IMG/VR virus record: IMGVR_UViG_3300045988_184160
Location: 1 to 64,000 of that record
DNA: 64,000 bases
Strand: one strand, 5' to 3'
Source: a virus
How positions within the stretch are numbered: position 1 is the stretch's first letter; each line of letters opens with the position of its first letter. The position numbers and the translations under genes are program-made. The notes under the pieces were generated by a model, which ran no database searches, was not told where the DNA came from, and was given only the letters and a program-made list of their open reading frames with translations. Positions 44,980 through 55,589 of this stretch are shown here, piece after piece.

Positions 44980-46074
44980 ATGAGTACATACTCAAAAATC
45001 AGGTGTATACGCCTCGAAAATTTTATGGGGTACCCCGACCAGATAATAGACTTCAAAAGTAAACCTATCCTGCACATCACGGGTGACAACGGCACCGGAA
45101 AATCAAGTGTCATACGCGCCCTAGAAGTTGCTTTCTGTGGGCGGCATAGTAGACACAAGAATAAGCTGATCCGCAAAGGGCAGACGAAAACAACTATCAC
45201 CCTCACCCTAGAAGACGGCACCCATGTAGAATACCTTCGTCAAGCAAGCGAACTAGCCCGCAAAGGCAGAACAGCCGCCTTGAAAGGTACCGAATCCTAC
45301 ACGATCTACCGCTACCTAAACAAGGATGGTGGGGTGGTGACCTTTGAGGGGGACACCACCCCAGACCCCACAGGTGTTACGAAGGAAATTCTGTTCACCA
45401 CACGGGACGGTGACACTCTCATCCCCGTAACGGGCATACCCCTAGAGGTAGAGAAAATCACGGGGTTCCTTTTCTCGTCACTCAACGACCAGGATGTTCC
45501 GTTGAATGTGGGCACAAGGAACGATCCCACGTTCTTGGTTGAAACCGCTGGTAGAGACAACTATAAGACAATGATGCTCCTCGGTGGGGGCGCTACCGTC
45601 ATAGAGGCCCAACAGAACATTCATGAGAGGATCCTCAAACAGAGGCGCGAAGATAAGGACGCGACCTCCAAACTTGAGTTTCTGTACGGGAACATCACCG
45701 AAGGCAGCATCCTATCAGATGAGGTGCCCAGCAAGCTCAACGACCTCATAACCAAGTTAGAGGCCCAGCAGGCGAACTATGAGCAGGTGAAAAGGTTAGA
45801 AGCCGCACTGAGGAAGATCGTCTCAATCAAGGTGCCGCCGAAACCACCGGAGCTGCCAGATATTGAGTCCCTGAAAATGGTTCTACGGCTCAAGAAGGCA
45901 GTGGAAACACTCATGCACTGGGAAGCGCAGGTGGAAGCCCGCACCCAGAACATGGTGGCAGAAAAACAGCGGATGCAAGGAATCCAGGACGCCATGAGAC
46001 AAGCAGGGGTACACGCCCTAGACTGCTGGAACTGCGGGGCGACAAACACTCTCAGCCTCACACAACACGCCTAG
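44980..46074 (+). CDS. SbcC/Rad50/SMC-type ATPase, N-terminal half only (Walker A head + coiled coil ending in CxxC)
   Basis: IRLENFMGYP...ILHITGDNGTGKSSVIRALEVAF. Long helical region. ...LDCWNCGATN lies 12 aa before the stop. No Walker B or signature motif in this ORF. Confidence 0.75.
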   Translation: MSTYSKIRCIRLENFMGYPDQIIDFKSKPILHITGDNGTGKSSVIRALEVAFCGRHSRHKNKLIRKGQTKTTITLTLEDGTHVEYLRQASELARKGRTAALKGTESYTIYRYLNKDGGVVTFEGDTTPDPTGVTKEILFTTRDGDTLIPVTGIPLEVEKITGFLFSSLNDQDVPLNVGTRNDPTFLVETAGRDNYKTMMLLGGGATVIEAQQNIHERILKQRREDKDATSKLEFLYGNITEGSILSDEVPSKLNDLITKLEAQQANYEQVKRLEAALRKIVSIKVPPKPPELPDIESLKMVLRLKKAVETLMHWEAQVEARTQNMVAEKQRMQGIQDAMRQAGVHALDCWNCGATNTLSLTQHA

Positions 46075-46095
46075 AAAAACATTGAGACAACGAGT

Positions 46096-47259
46096 ATGAA
46101 ACACAGAGAACATAAAACATTCAACGGGTCAGCCCTCATATTCGGTGACCTGCACCTATTCGTGAAACAAGACCACCGCCGCCCCACAGGGTTAAGCTCA
46201 CACAAAGACTACAACGCCAACAGTAGGCACAACATGCGGATGGTTCTGCGGCAGATCGAAGAGTTCCAAGGCGCGCACCCTGGGGAGCCTCTGATGGTGT
46301 TCTTCCTCGGGGACCTGTTCGGTGTGGATCAGCACGTGCTGACCGATAACACGCAGAGGTCAGAGGCAGCAGAGTTCCTGTCCACCATCAAGAACCTTAC
46401 GGGGCACCCCGCTCAGATGGTGTGGGGTAACCACGACCGCAGTTCACAGCAGGTCTCCGAGTCTGATCTTTTCATGCAGCTTGGGTTACTGGAAAACCCG
46501 TCGTGGGTTGATTTCACTGATGCTGACGGTAATATTCATTGGCGCTGGCACCTAGTGAACAATAACGACTATGAGCAGCCTATCCCCACGGTCAGGCACG
46601 GGGCACCGTCCGACATGGGCACCAAACCTGATGGTGGTAAGGCGCGCCGGAAAACCCTGCCTACGGTTGAGCATGTGGCGAACGGTGTGCTTGGGCATAA
46701 CCATTATTATGCGGGTGAGGATATGCGCCCGCATCCTGGGGGTGGCTGTATTGATTTGACGACTCTCGAATCTTTCAAGGATGTTATCGCTGTTATTTAT
46801 GGGGATACGCATGAGCCGTCTAGTGACGGGTTCTACCCGTACACCTTGAACTCTGCTGGTGCTGGGCATGAGCGTTACGCTATGGGGCTTGGTTCACCTG
46901 CACGTACTTCACGAGCACAGGATTATGAGGATGCTTATGTGATGTGGTTCTTGTCCCCTGCTGTGTCGGGTGGTGAACGGTTTGATTTTGAGGTTCACCG
47001 GTTTGGTGCGCGCCCTGCGTCTGAGGTTTTCCTTCCTGAGGAGAGGACTTTGCTTAGGGATGTGGGTGGCGTGGTTCGTGAGGCTACGGATGATGAGCGT
47101 CGGACGATGCGGGGTATTCTGCAGGGTTTGAACGGGAAAACGTTTGATGGGGAAAATATTTCTTCTGCGATAGACGAGGTTCTAGCCGACGACCTGCTAG
47201 CTGCGCGAGTAGCTAAAGCCCACATACAAGCAGTACGGGACACCCACGCCGCCGGATAA
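46096..47259 (+). CDS. SbcD/Mre11-like metallophosphoesterase nuclease
   Basis: ALIFGDLHLF (DxH), FFLGDLFG (GD), VWGNHDRS (GNHD), LGHNHYY, IYGDTHEP. Sits between the two ATPase halves. Confidence 0.7.
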   Translation: MKHREHKTFNGSALIFGDLHLFVKQDHRRPTGLSSHKDYNANSRHNMRMVLRQIEEFQGAHPGEPLMVFFLGDLFGVDQHVLTDNTQRSEAAEFLSTIKNLTGHPAQMVWGNHDRSSQQVSESDLFMQLGLLENPSWVDFTDADGNIHWRWHLVNNNDYEQPIPTVRHGAPSDMGTKPDGGKARRKTLPTVEHVANGVLGHNHYYAGEDMRPHPGGGCIDLTTLESFKDVIAVIYGDTHEPSSDGFYPYTLNSAGAGHERYAMGLGSPARTSRAQDYEDAYVMWFLSPAVSGGERFDFEVHRFGARPASEVFLPEERTLLRDVGGVVREATDDERRTMRGILQGLNGKTFDGENISSAIDEVLADDLLAARVAKAHIQAVRDTHAAG

Positions 47260-47310
47260 ACCAATAAGTTTTACATAAAAACCTTTTGAACGGAAGAAGA
47301 AGAAGAGAAA

Positions 47311-48015
47311 ATGACCCCAGGAAACACAGGACAGGACATCCTGAAAGAATACGCCGCCACCCAAGCGAAGCTCAAAGAAATCGAACGTGAACGCGACCTC
47401 GCGGCACGGGACTTGGAACGAGCTAAGGCTGAGCTGCAGCAGATCGACCAGGAAATGAGGGATGCTAAAAACTACTCCCCCCTCGATGACATGCAGGAAA
47501 GAGGCGGGGCAGAGGCTTACCTAGCTTTCGTTATAAACTGGGTATCCCGCATGGAAGAAGCAACCCGCGAATCCATCACAGAAGCTAACCAGATCCTCGA
47601 AGCCTACAGGAGCGGTAACCTGACCGCGCTGAACGAGCTGCTGGGGGTTGAGGCGTCTGGCGAGATACCTGTTGAAGGACCGAGCGTTGAGGTTGCTGAC
47701 GGCACCGTACCAGCTGTGAAGTTTGAGGATGTTGCACCTGCTGGGTACAGTGCACCGGAAGAGCCTGTTTCCCCTGCCGTGGTTGCGGTGGAGGAGCCAG
47801 TAGCAGCGAAGCCGGAGCCCAGCCAAGCCGCGAGCGCACCCGCCCTCAACTGGGGAAACAGCAAAAACGACAGCACCAGCAACAACCATAACGGCACCCA
47901 AGACCCTTGGGAAAACTCAAATAACAACGGGTGGGGGTCTAACCTCTTTAATGACGGGGAAATGGGTGACCCAAGCGGATTCTTCTCCGAAGGGAATGAG
48001 CAGAACCATGAATAA
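47311..48015 (+). CDS. coiled-coil protein with disordered Asn/Gly/acidic C-terminus
   Basis: N-terminal KLKEIERERDLAARDLERAKAELQQIDQEMRD. The stop overlaps the next start (ATGAATAA). Confidence 0.65.
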   Translation: MTPGNTGQDILKEYAATQAKLKEIERERDLAARDLERAKAELQQIDQEMRDAKNYSPLDDMQERGGAEAYLAFVINWVSRMEEATRESITEANQILEAYRSGNLTALNELLGVEASGEIPVEGPSVEVADGTVPAVKFEDVAPAGYSAPEEPVSPAVVAVEEPVAAKPEPSQAASAPALNWGNSKNDSTSNNHNGTQDPWENSNNNGWGSNLFNDGEMGDPSGFFSEGNEQNHE

Positions 48016-48934
48016 CACACTCAGCAGGGAACTAACAACCACCCTCAACAACCTACGCGCCACCCAAGCAGCATACGCCGAGAAACTAAACACCCACCAC
48101 ACCAACATCAGCACCTACAAGCAAATCCAACGGGACAGGGCATACAAGCGTGAAGTGACCCGTGTACTCAGTGCAGCGAAGCAGGGGCTTCACAAGGTGC
48201 AGGAGCAGACGGGGGTTGAGGTACGGGAGTTCGTGACCGATGTTATCAATAAAGCTATCCAGAACCTCTTCCCCAAAGAGAACCTGCGCATCTCCATTGT
48301 TGCCAACGACGAGAAACCAACCAAAACCAGGGCACGCAAGACCAGTAGCACACCCGCGATGGTTTACAAGCGACTAGATCTTGAGGTTGCTGGCACTGAC
48401 GGTGAGCCTATGAATGTCGCTATCCAGGTTGGTTCTGGGTTGCAGGACCTTATTTCTTTCCTGTACCGTGTCGCCTTGATTTCTGTGTCGTCGGGCAGGA
48501 AGCTTCTTGTGAGTGACGAGCTGCTGCACGGTTTGGCGGTTGATCGTTTCAAAGATATTGTGGGTATCCTGGATTTGTTCACTGAGGAAGGTTTTCAGTT
48601 CATCATCATTGAGCACGGGCTGGACCCGTCTCTGTGGGGTGGTAACGCCCGTGTCCTTGAGACGGTCAGGTCTAATGGGTGCTCAAGTTTGGTTGATGTG
48701 ACTGGGGAGTATTCGGGTGGCAACAGGGTTCTTGAAGAGCTCAAAGAATCTGTTGAGAATGCAGTGAAACAGGCTAAGGAGGCGCATGAAGCTAACCCCG
48801 TTGAAGATTCTGAGCCACTAGAAACTATAACCACCACAACTAAACCCGATAAGCAAGCAAAAACAAAGGCAGATAAAGAAAACCCTGCTCAAGAAGAATT
48901 AAACATGGCACCACCCAACATGTTTCAAGACTAA
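48008..48934 (+). CDS. SbcC/Rad50/SMC-type ATPase, C-terminal half only (signature-like motif, Walker B, H-loop)
   Basis: ATG at 48008 (track start is 47951). About 60-aa helical region, then QVGSGLQDLISFLYRVAL (signature-like), KLLVSDELLHG (Walker B/D-loop), FQFIIIEHG (H-loop). No Walker A. Confidence 0.7.
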   Translation: MNNTLSRELTTTLNNLRATQAAYAEKLNTHHTNISTYKQIQRDRAYKREVTRVLSAAKQGLHKVQEQTGVEVREFVTDVINKAIQNLFPKENLRISIVANDEKPTKTRARKTSSTPAMVYKRLDLEVAGTDGEPMNVAIQVGSGLQDLISFLYRVALISVSSGRKLLVSDELLHGLAVDRFKDIVGILDLFTEEGFQFIIIEHGLDPSLWGGNARVLETVRSNGCSSLVDVTGEYSGGNRVLEELKESVENAVKQAKEAHEANPVEDSEPLETITTTTKPDKQAKTKADKENPAQEELNMAPPNMFQD

Positions 48935-48938
48935 AAAA

Positions 48939-48993
48939 TATTCGGTTCACCAGTAAAAGCGGAAGTTATACTACTAGTGAACCGAGTATTTTT
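48939..48993 (+). terminator. rho-independent terminator
   Basis: TATTCGGTTCAC / GTGAACCGAGTA (one G-U) followed by T5. Confidence 0.65.
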
Positions 48994-49026
48994 ATGCCCA
49001 AAAAACAGGGAAGGGAAGGACACAGA

Positions 49027-51009
49027 ATGCCGCAACTCAAAGACACCCTAAAAAAGGCGCTGGGAGGTGAGCTCCTAGAAGGTGAAGATGGGATGAACTA
49101 CGGGGCTTACTCCCCTAACGGTGTGCGAGCAATAATTATTCTGAAAGACCTCATTTTCATTGACTACCACAGGGGGTACCCTGGGAACCACACTATCAAA
49201 GAAGTAGCGGGATGGTCACCAGCTGCTTGGCGTCTCAACCCTTCCCAAGTGATGCTTGAGCTACCCAAAGGGAACGCGCTACCTAATGGTGCAGCGTATG
49301 ATCCAGTGGAGCGTTACTACTACCAGAACACTGGTGAAGAGAAAATGATTGTTGCCGCACCCCAGTCGGACGGTGTACTATGCGATTTTCTGGACAGGGA
49401 ACCTGTGGGTTCATCCTATTCTAAGCTGCTGAGGCTCTTGACAGATTACAAGAATTTCTTCACTCTCGAAGAAATACTAGTTGACGAAAACCTAGGCATC
49501 AACATCAATGATTATAAGCGCCCCGAGGGGAGCAGGCTACGCAGGATAGGTTACGTTTCTCGGGACGCCTACAATTCTGGTATCGACAATGAAACGCTGG
49601 GGAACATGCTCACTCAATACCGCAAAGAATCCGAGCAAGTTACCCCTTATGAGTCACTGTTCTCAGATTTTTTCACTGATAAGTCATGGGAAGCGAGTAA
49701 CCCCCGCGCCACGGATCAGCAGGTTTACAATACGGAGGGTGAAGGTGAGTGGTTCAGGAAACATATTTTAGCCCCTAAACACTACTCGTCCGATATTGTT
49801 GGTGGTAAGCTATACAAGCATTTCCTGGAAGCCACCAAAACCCTGAGTGCAAAGCACGGTGGGTCTAATGCATCAGCTGACGTGTCCCCTGAGCAGGTGC
49901 AGGTCTTGGAGACGTATGCCTCCGCTATCCAGAAGGACACCAAGGTTTACGGTGAGGTTGAAGAGCTATTCACCGTGCTTCAACGAGACTCCCAAAACAA
50001 CGGTGAGTCAGAGGTCAAGCACCTGTACGCCACCCATGTCCTCAACGTCCTAACCGGTGGGAACCACGGGCGACTGTCCCCTAAATACGCTAACACACCC
50101 ATACCGATGCTCAGGTGGGCTGTCGAACAATGCTTAGGCAGGGAATACTATGCCACCCAAAACCAGGGAAACAACGACACCGCGAAACTGCAAGAAAAAT
50201 ACGGTGCCCTAGATCAAACCTACAGCCAGTTAGGTTTATACAACCCAGCCGACGCTGATAAAAATGGTGCTAGCTTCCCCAGCCTCAACGAAAACCCCGC
50301 GATCCTCAAAGCAGAAAAAGAGAAAACCGGTATCCTGCACACCGTGATCTTTGAAGCACTCTACGGGGGTATTATCCTGATCGTTGAAGACGCACGGCAG
50401 AAAGGGGTGCAGGTCCAAGCAACAGACATCATAGCGGAAGCCCACCCGTCCCAGTTCGTCCCAGCATACGAGTCGTTCCTGAAACGAATCAGCAACGTGT
50501 GGGACGACCCCACCAACCTAATCATCAACCAGCTCAACGAGGCACTGCGGGGTATCATCACCCCAGCGGAAGCACGAGAAGTTGCGGGTATCCTGAAACG
50601 TCTACCTGAAGATGTCCAAGTATACCTGAAAGACCGCGTATCCATAGAAATGGATGGCAATAAACTCCCTTACATTGACAGGTTGGAACCCTTTAAGAAC
50701 CATGAAACATGGGCTACTTTCAAAGAATATAACTACGGTGAGACAACACCTAAAAACCCTGCAACGCAGGGCATCCCACCAGCTGAAACACTCGCTTACT
50801 TATCCCCTGGGATGATTCTCGCTAGGGCGGCAATGAAAACATCCCCCAGTGAGGTATACAACAAGTCCAATATTGGGCGCTGGGTGGATGAGTCAGCGGT
50901 TGGGAGCGAAGAGAAAACCAAGCGGATCCGCAAGATAGGGGAACTTATAAATAAAGGAATCCAGCTACGCCAAGGAAACTATGCAGCCAACACAGGGGAG
51001 GGGCAGTAA
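49027..51009 (+). CDS. hypothetical protein (660 aa)
   Basis: ATG at 49027 with GGGAAGGGAAGGA RBS (the track start at 48994 abuts the terminator). No motif recognised. Confidence 0.7.
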   Translation: MPQLKDTLKKALGGELLEGEDGMNYGAYSPNGVRAIIILKDLIFIDYHRGYPGNHTIKEVAGWSPAAWRLNPSQVMLELPKGNALPNGAAYDPVERYYYQNTGEEKMIVAAPQSDGVLCDFLDREPVGSSYSKLLRLLTDYKNFFTLEEILVDENLGININDYKRPEGSRLRRIGYVSRDAYNSGIDNETLGNMLTQYRKESEQVTPYESLFSDFFTDKSWEASNPRATDQQVYNTEGEGEWFRKHILAPKHYSSDIVGGKLYKHFLEATKTLSAKHGGSNASADVSPEQVQVLETYASAIQKDTKVYGEVEELFTVLQRDSQNNGESEVKHLYATHVLNVLTGGNHGRLSPKYANTPIPMLRWAVEQCLGREYYATQNQGNNDTAKLQEKYGALDQTYSQLGLYNPADADKNGASFPSLNENPAILKAEKEKTGILHTVIFEALYGGIILIVEDARQKGVQVQATDIIAEAHPSQFVPAYESFLKRISNVWDDPTNLIINQLNEALRGIITPAEAREVAGILKRLPEDVQVYLKDRVSIEMDGNKLPYIDRLEPFKNHETWATFKEYNYGETTPKNPATQGIPPAETLAYLSPGMILARAAMKTSPSEVYNKSNIGRWVDESAVGSEEKTKRIRKIGELINKGIQLRQGNYAANTGEGQ

Positions 51010-51015
51010 ACAGGC

Positions 51016-54000
51016 ATGAGTGAAAACAACACAAACGAGAACCTGCGGAAACTAGGTGTGAACCTGATCCAGCAGGCGCTACAAGAAGACAAGCTAAAGG
51101 ATCCCAACAACACTGCGCTCTCCCCGAACAATGTGCGTGGCATAGAGTTCCTTGGTGCTGACGGCATCAAAATCGTTGAGCACGTGAGCGGCGGATACTC
51201 AAAATCAATAAGCTCAGCAATGGACGATTTTGACTTGAACGCAACCAACGCACTCACCAAAGAGGACATACGAAGCATCTTCGGTAGCAGGAAATACGGC
51301 AACCTGGAATACGTGCACGTCGCCGACAACATGCAGATCATGGGTGCCACAGGGAAACCAGCTGCAGCAGGTATAGCGGCAGTACTGAAAACCATCACCA
51401 GCAGCAACGGCGCGCCTTGGTACGGGCGGCTCCACCAAATAAACGGTGAAGAAATCCCCGACACCGCAGGGTGGGAGAACCACAAGTCCCTAGAACCTGA
51501 AGCATACGCCTTCGACGCGAAAAGCCAGCTCGGGAAAAAACTCAACATAGAAACCACACCAGCACCCGAAACTGAGACTACCGTACCCGAAGCAGAGAAA
51601 CCAGAACAAGAAAAAACACCCCAAGAACTCGAAGTAGAACAACGAGTCGCAAAGATCAATAAGCATTTCAAAACCCAGATTAATGGGGCGATCAAGTTTC
51701 TTCTTCAAAAATATAAGATGATGTTCGCGTCAGGGTTTGATTTGGTCCAGCCCGCAGGCGTCCCGTTCCCAGATGATACGGGAACGGTCATTCTGCGCAC
51801 TATTAAAGACGGGAAGCTCACCTATGCAGGTGATGATCCTGTTGCAAAAGGATACTTCCGTGAAATAGAGAAACTATATGAGAATATCACTGACGCATCA
51901 GGTATCAAAGTAGCAAAAGCACGTAGTCATCATGAAATCATTAACCTAGCCATTCAAGGGGTAGACGTTGATCCAAACACTAAACTGGGAATCCCAGGTA
52001 GAAACCTTCGTGTCACACTCCCCTACAAAATGCTGGAATATGCATACGGTACACAAGGGGCTATCTCACAAACCCGCACACTGACAGATGAAGAGAGGAT
52101 AAAATACACCCCCTCAAGCATTAATGCTTGGGAAGAATACAGTACCCATGTAATCAGGAAAGACCTAAATACTCTTTTCTCATCCCTAGGTTACACTGCA
52201 CTTGTAAACGAAAAGATGCAGGATGTCTATGATGATAACCGCCGCAGTACAAGGAAAGAAAAAGATAAAGCTAGCAAGATTATTTCCACACATATTGAAA
52301 CCCTGAAATGTATGTTAGCTAGCACAATTATCATCCCAATCTTCCAGCAGATAGACAACGAAACTATCGCTGTTAAAGCACGTGTGCTTGATAACTACAC
52401 GGACTGGTCTAAGATCCGACAAGATCAGATTCGGCGAGCTATAAAAGACACGGATGTTGAGCTTGATAACAGTGACGTGAAATCGTATCCACCTGTGTAC
52501 GATGGGGAGTCTTTTAGTGAGTACCGTATAGACCTGAATACAACGCTTGCTAATGCTGAACCAGTGTTTGCTTATAAGGCTCTGCAGCTGCTCCTCGCGA
52601 AGGGGGAGAAGCTGACGTTTGAGAACGCCCCTTTAGGTGTTGATACAGACGGGAATATTGTCCGAAACGGAACACATTTCAGTTTAAGCACCTACCTTTC
52701 CCATCTTGTGCTTGCAGCTTCCCGTTCAGGTAAAGGCGTGTGGACTTCCAATATTCTTGCTGCCTGCATCATCTCTGGACGCCCAATATTTTACCTAGAT
52801 AATAAACCAGATATTGGTGATAAAGTAGCTGACGCATCAAAAATCAACGGATCGCCAACTGCTTTCGTTGTAAACGGGGGTAATCTAAACCCGCAAAGCC
52901 GTGACTCTGGGACACATTTCTTTGGGAACTGGAATGATGCTAACAGCTGGATTAACACCGATCATATCCCTAGCTATTTAAGAAGCCTCAACATAGATAC
53001 GAGGACTTACAACGGTACTGTGGGAACGCTCGTATATCTCCGTGGCATGCTTCTTTTCCTTGGAATCATTGCTGCCCGTATCGTCTACGGGCAGGGTGAA
53101 GTATATGAGAAGCTTGGCGGTAAAACAGGCATCGTTGGCGTGTTCGATGAGATGGCCATTTTCTCTAAAGAGTTCCTTGCCCTATTGAAAGAACTCGGGA
53201 AGAAATACCCAAACCTCAAATATTGGCAGGCATACCAGCAAGATCCGAACATTGAAGGCACCAAACCCCCAGCTGAGAGCTATTGGTCTTACCTGCTAGT
53301 GAAAGCCATTAGTGAAACAGCGACTAGAATATTCAATCTGAATAACGCGGGTGGACAGAACGGAGAGAATAGGGTCAGTGATATATTCATCATCTCACAG
53401 GACTTTTTTGCCCTATCAGATGGTGGAAATAGTACGCCTGGGGAAAGGGCTGAGATTGCTAGGCGTCCTGGGCAAATTTCCAGCGTCAGCATGAACGCTA
53501 CTGACAAAAAAGGGAACACGGGTGCGTTGATCCCAATTCATCAAGACATTATTTTTAATATGCTAATGGCTCTTGGAGGAGACGCCTACCTTGGTGTGCA
53601 TAATGAGGTGAACCATCTTGGGCACAAGAATCCAAACGGGAAAACTAGTAACTACATTAATACACAAGCTCGATACTTTGGACGAATAGCACCATATCCT
53701 GTTGATGGGGTCAGGGAAACTAGGGCTGCTATCAGCTCAGAGGATCAGAAAATGACGCTCTATAAGCCTGGGCTTCTAGTAGCAGATTCTAGTGTGGAAA
53801 ATGGCGAAGGCTATAACGCGAAATACACTTATTTCTTAGATAACCTCTCTTCCTATGTTAAAGCTGCTGGCGCGGATCTGCCAGATATTATTAGCCGGAA
53901 TGAAGATCCTATTAGGAAAGGTACTTTCCACCGTGCTACTGCATTGAGTGAGTACCTAGAAATGGCGGGTGTCAGCAGGGAAGAAACAGCTAAAAGACTG

Positions 54001-55569
54001 TCAAAATCTGGTAACATCGCCCAGTTTGTTGTTGAAGCCTTAGGTTACAAGGGTACTTGGCGTGATTTCCTCCTAGATTTCCGTCCACAATGGATTTTTA
54101 GTGCGGAAGACATTATAAATGCGCTCGACTCAAACGATGCGATAACCCTACCTGTCTCATACACTGTTGATGGTGCAACCACCAAAGCAGAACTTATTAA
54201 GGAGATCAGGACTCTTCACCCTGACTTTTTTGGTGACGAGAACAGTGGTTTCGGTTCATCTGCTTCTGGTGAGGGGTCTGAGGTAGATGGTGGTATGGTG
54301 TATATCGCTGGTTATGGGATGTCCCAGGATGGTGTGAAAGTTGGGGGTTCCACTAATCCTGTGGGTATTGAGGATACCGAGCTCTCCGAGGACATGGAGG
54401 AGCCCGAAAATAGCAACTACGGCGATAATGATATAGAAGACGTATCATACACCAAACCAGACCATGAACCAGAGGAAGACACGGCAGAAGAACCAGAGGT
54501 TCATGCTGAAACCATACCGGAAGAGCCGATAGTGGAAGATATTGCCGCACCCATCTACGAGAACGCCAAGAACAGCATCAACGCCGATCCTGACGAGTGG
54601 GAAACCGCCAACCAACCCAGCGAGGAATACACGGAGACCGCGCCTCTGGAACCTGTACCCCAGTATTCGGACGGCTCAACAACCGACGAGTACGGGGACA
54701 GGGTTTTTGGTGCATCCACTCGCGCCCCAGAAGGGTATGCTGGCTCTGATACTGATTACCGCGAACGGGCTCAGCAGTCCCAGTCTTTCAAGAATCCGCC
54801 TAAGCACTCTAAAGGGTTTGACCTGCCGCCTATGGGGTTCGACCCGTACAGCATTGAGTCTTTCGACAAAGTGTATGACACGGTTACTGACGCTATTATT
54901 CGTGCCGCACTGGGTAAGAATAGTCAGGGTATTATCGCCTTGTCCATTAAAGATGGGGATGTGATCGTGAACGGGCTCCAAGTGCAGGTGAACACTCAAC
55001 CTGGTGACCTGATGTCGATGCAGGATTCTTTACGGAACCAGCTCACGACTGGGAAAATTGGTGGGCTTATCAACTGGAAGAAGCTCATTACATACATGCG
55101 CTCGGTTGAGGCTTTGGAGTTCTCCGATCTTCCTGATGCTAGGGCGGCTGCTAAAGCAATGCTCAAGGATAAGGATATTTCGGTTGAGCATTTCTTTACC
55201 CGCGTGAGGTCTCTGCAGCTTTTGACGCTGGTTACGAAGACTTACACGAGGCAGGATTATCGGGAGCAGCTTGAGTCTACACCGCAGTTCTATAACCGGA
55301 CCGCTTTTGAGAGGGTTGAGAAGAAGTTCCGGGAGGGTACACTCTTTGGTGCTTCGAAGAGTTTCGCTTATGCGCGTGATCGTTTCAGGCGTAAGGGCGG
55401 AATAAATAAGGTTGTTGGTGTGGGTGCTGGTGCTTTTGGCGCTTTACTGAGGTCTGTTGCTGCGGCTTCTAGGCTGTCGAAAGGGACTGCTAATTTGGGT
55501 GCGCGTATTGCTGTCGCCAATAGGATGGATCGGAGGTCTAGGAGTTATTCTGAGGGGCGTGATATTTAG
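51016..55569 (+). CDS. giant protein (1517 aa) with FtsK/HerA-like P-loop NTPase segment
   Basis: HLVLAASRSGKGVWTSNILAACIISGRPIFYLDNKPD parallels the FtsK/TraB-type Walker A region (..GxTGSGKS..N..I.S.....P.....IDPK) but has GKG. Walker B-like GIVGVFDEMAIF. Acidic low-complexity stretch around aa 1115-1190. Confidence 0.6.
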   Translation: MSENNTNENLRKLGVNLIQQALQEDKLKDPNNTALSPNNVRGIEFLGADGIKIVEHVSGGYSKSISSAMDDFDLNATNALTKEDIRSIFGSRKYGNLEYVHVADNMQIMGATGKPAAAGIAAVLKTITSSNGAPWYGRLHQINGEEIPDTAGWENHKSLEPEAYAFDAKSQLGKKLNIETTPAPETETTVPEAEKPEQEKTPQELEVEQRVAKINKHFKTQINGAIKFLLQKYKMMFASGFDLVQPAGVPFPDDTGTVILRTIKDGKLTYAGDDPVAKGYFREIEKLYENITDASGIKVAKARSHHEIINLAIQGVDVDPNTKLGIPGRNLRVTLPYKMLEYAYGTQGAISQTRTLTDEERIKYTPSSINAWEEYSTHVIRKDLNTLFSSLGYTALVNEKMQDVYDDNRRSTRKEKDKASKIISTHIETLKCMLASTIIIPIFQQIDNETIAVKARVLDNYTDWSKIRQDQIRRAIKDTDVELDNSDVKSYPPVYDGESFSEYRIDLNTTLANAEPVFAYKALQLLLAKGEKLTFENAPLGVDTDGNIVRNGTHFSLSTYLSHLVLAASRSGKGVWTSNILAACIISGRPIFYLDNKPDIGDKVADASKINGSPTAFVVNGGNLNPQSRDSGTHFFGNWNDANSWINTDHIPSYLRSLNIDTRTYNGTVGTLVYLRGMLLFLGIIAARIVYGQGEVYEKLGGKTGIVGVFDEMAIFSKEFLALLKELGKKYPNLKYWQAYQQDPNIEGTKPPAESYWSYLLVKAISETATRIFNLNNAGGQNGENRVSDIFIISQDFFALSDGGNSTPGERAEIARRPGQISSVSMNATDKKGNTGALIPIHQDIIFNMLMALGGDAYLGVHNEVNHLGHKNPNGKTSNYINTQARYFGRIAPYPVDGVRETRAAISSEDQKMTLYKPGLLVADSSVENGEGYNAKYTYFLDNLSSYVKAAGADLPDIISRNEDPIRKGTFHRATALSEYLEMAGVSREETAKRLSKSGNIAQFVVEALGYKGTWRDFLLDFRPQWIFSAEDIINALDSNDAITLPVSYTVDGATTKAELIKEIRTLHPDFFGDENSGFGSSASGEGSEVDGGMVYIAGYGMSQDGVKVGGSTNPVGIEDTELSEDMEEPENSNYGDNDIEDVSYTKPDHEPEEDTAEEPEVHAETIPEEPIVEDIAAPIYENAKNSINADPDEWETANQPSEEYTETAPLEPVPQYSDGSTTDEYGDRVFGASTRAPEGYAGSDTDYRERAQQSQSFKNPPKHSKGFDLPPMGFDPYSIESFDKVYDTVTDAIIRAALGKNSQGIIALSIKDGDVIVNGLQVQVNTQPGDLMSMQDSLRNQLTTGKIGGLINWKKLITYMRSVEALEFSDLPDARAAAKAMLKDKDISVEHFFTRVRSLQLLTLVTKTYTRQDYREQLESTPQFYNRTAFERVEKKFREGTLFGASKSFAYARDRFRRKGGINKVVGVGAGAFGALLRSVAAASRLSKGTANLGARIAVANRMDRRSRSYSEGRDI

Positions 55570-55589
55570 GCTTCTTGGCTTTTTTGGAT

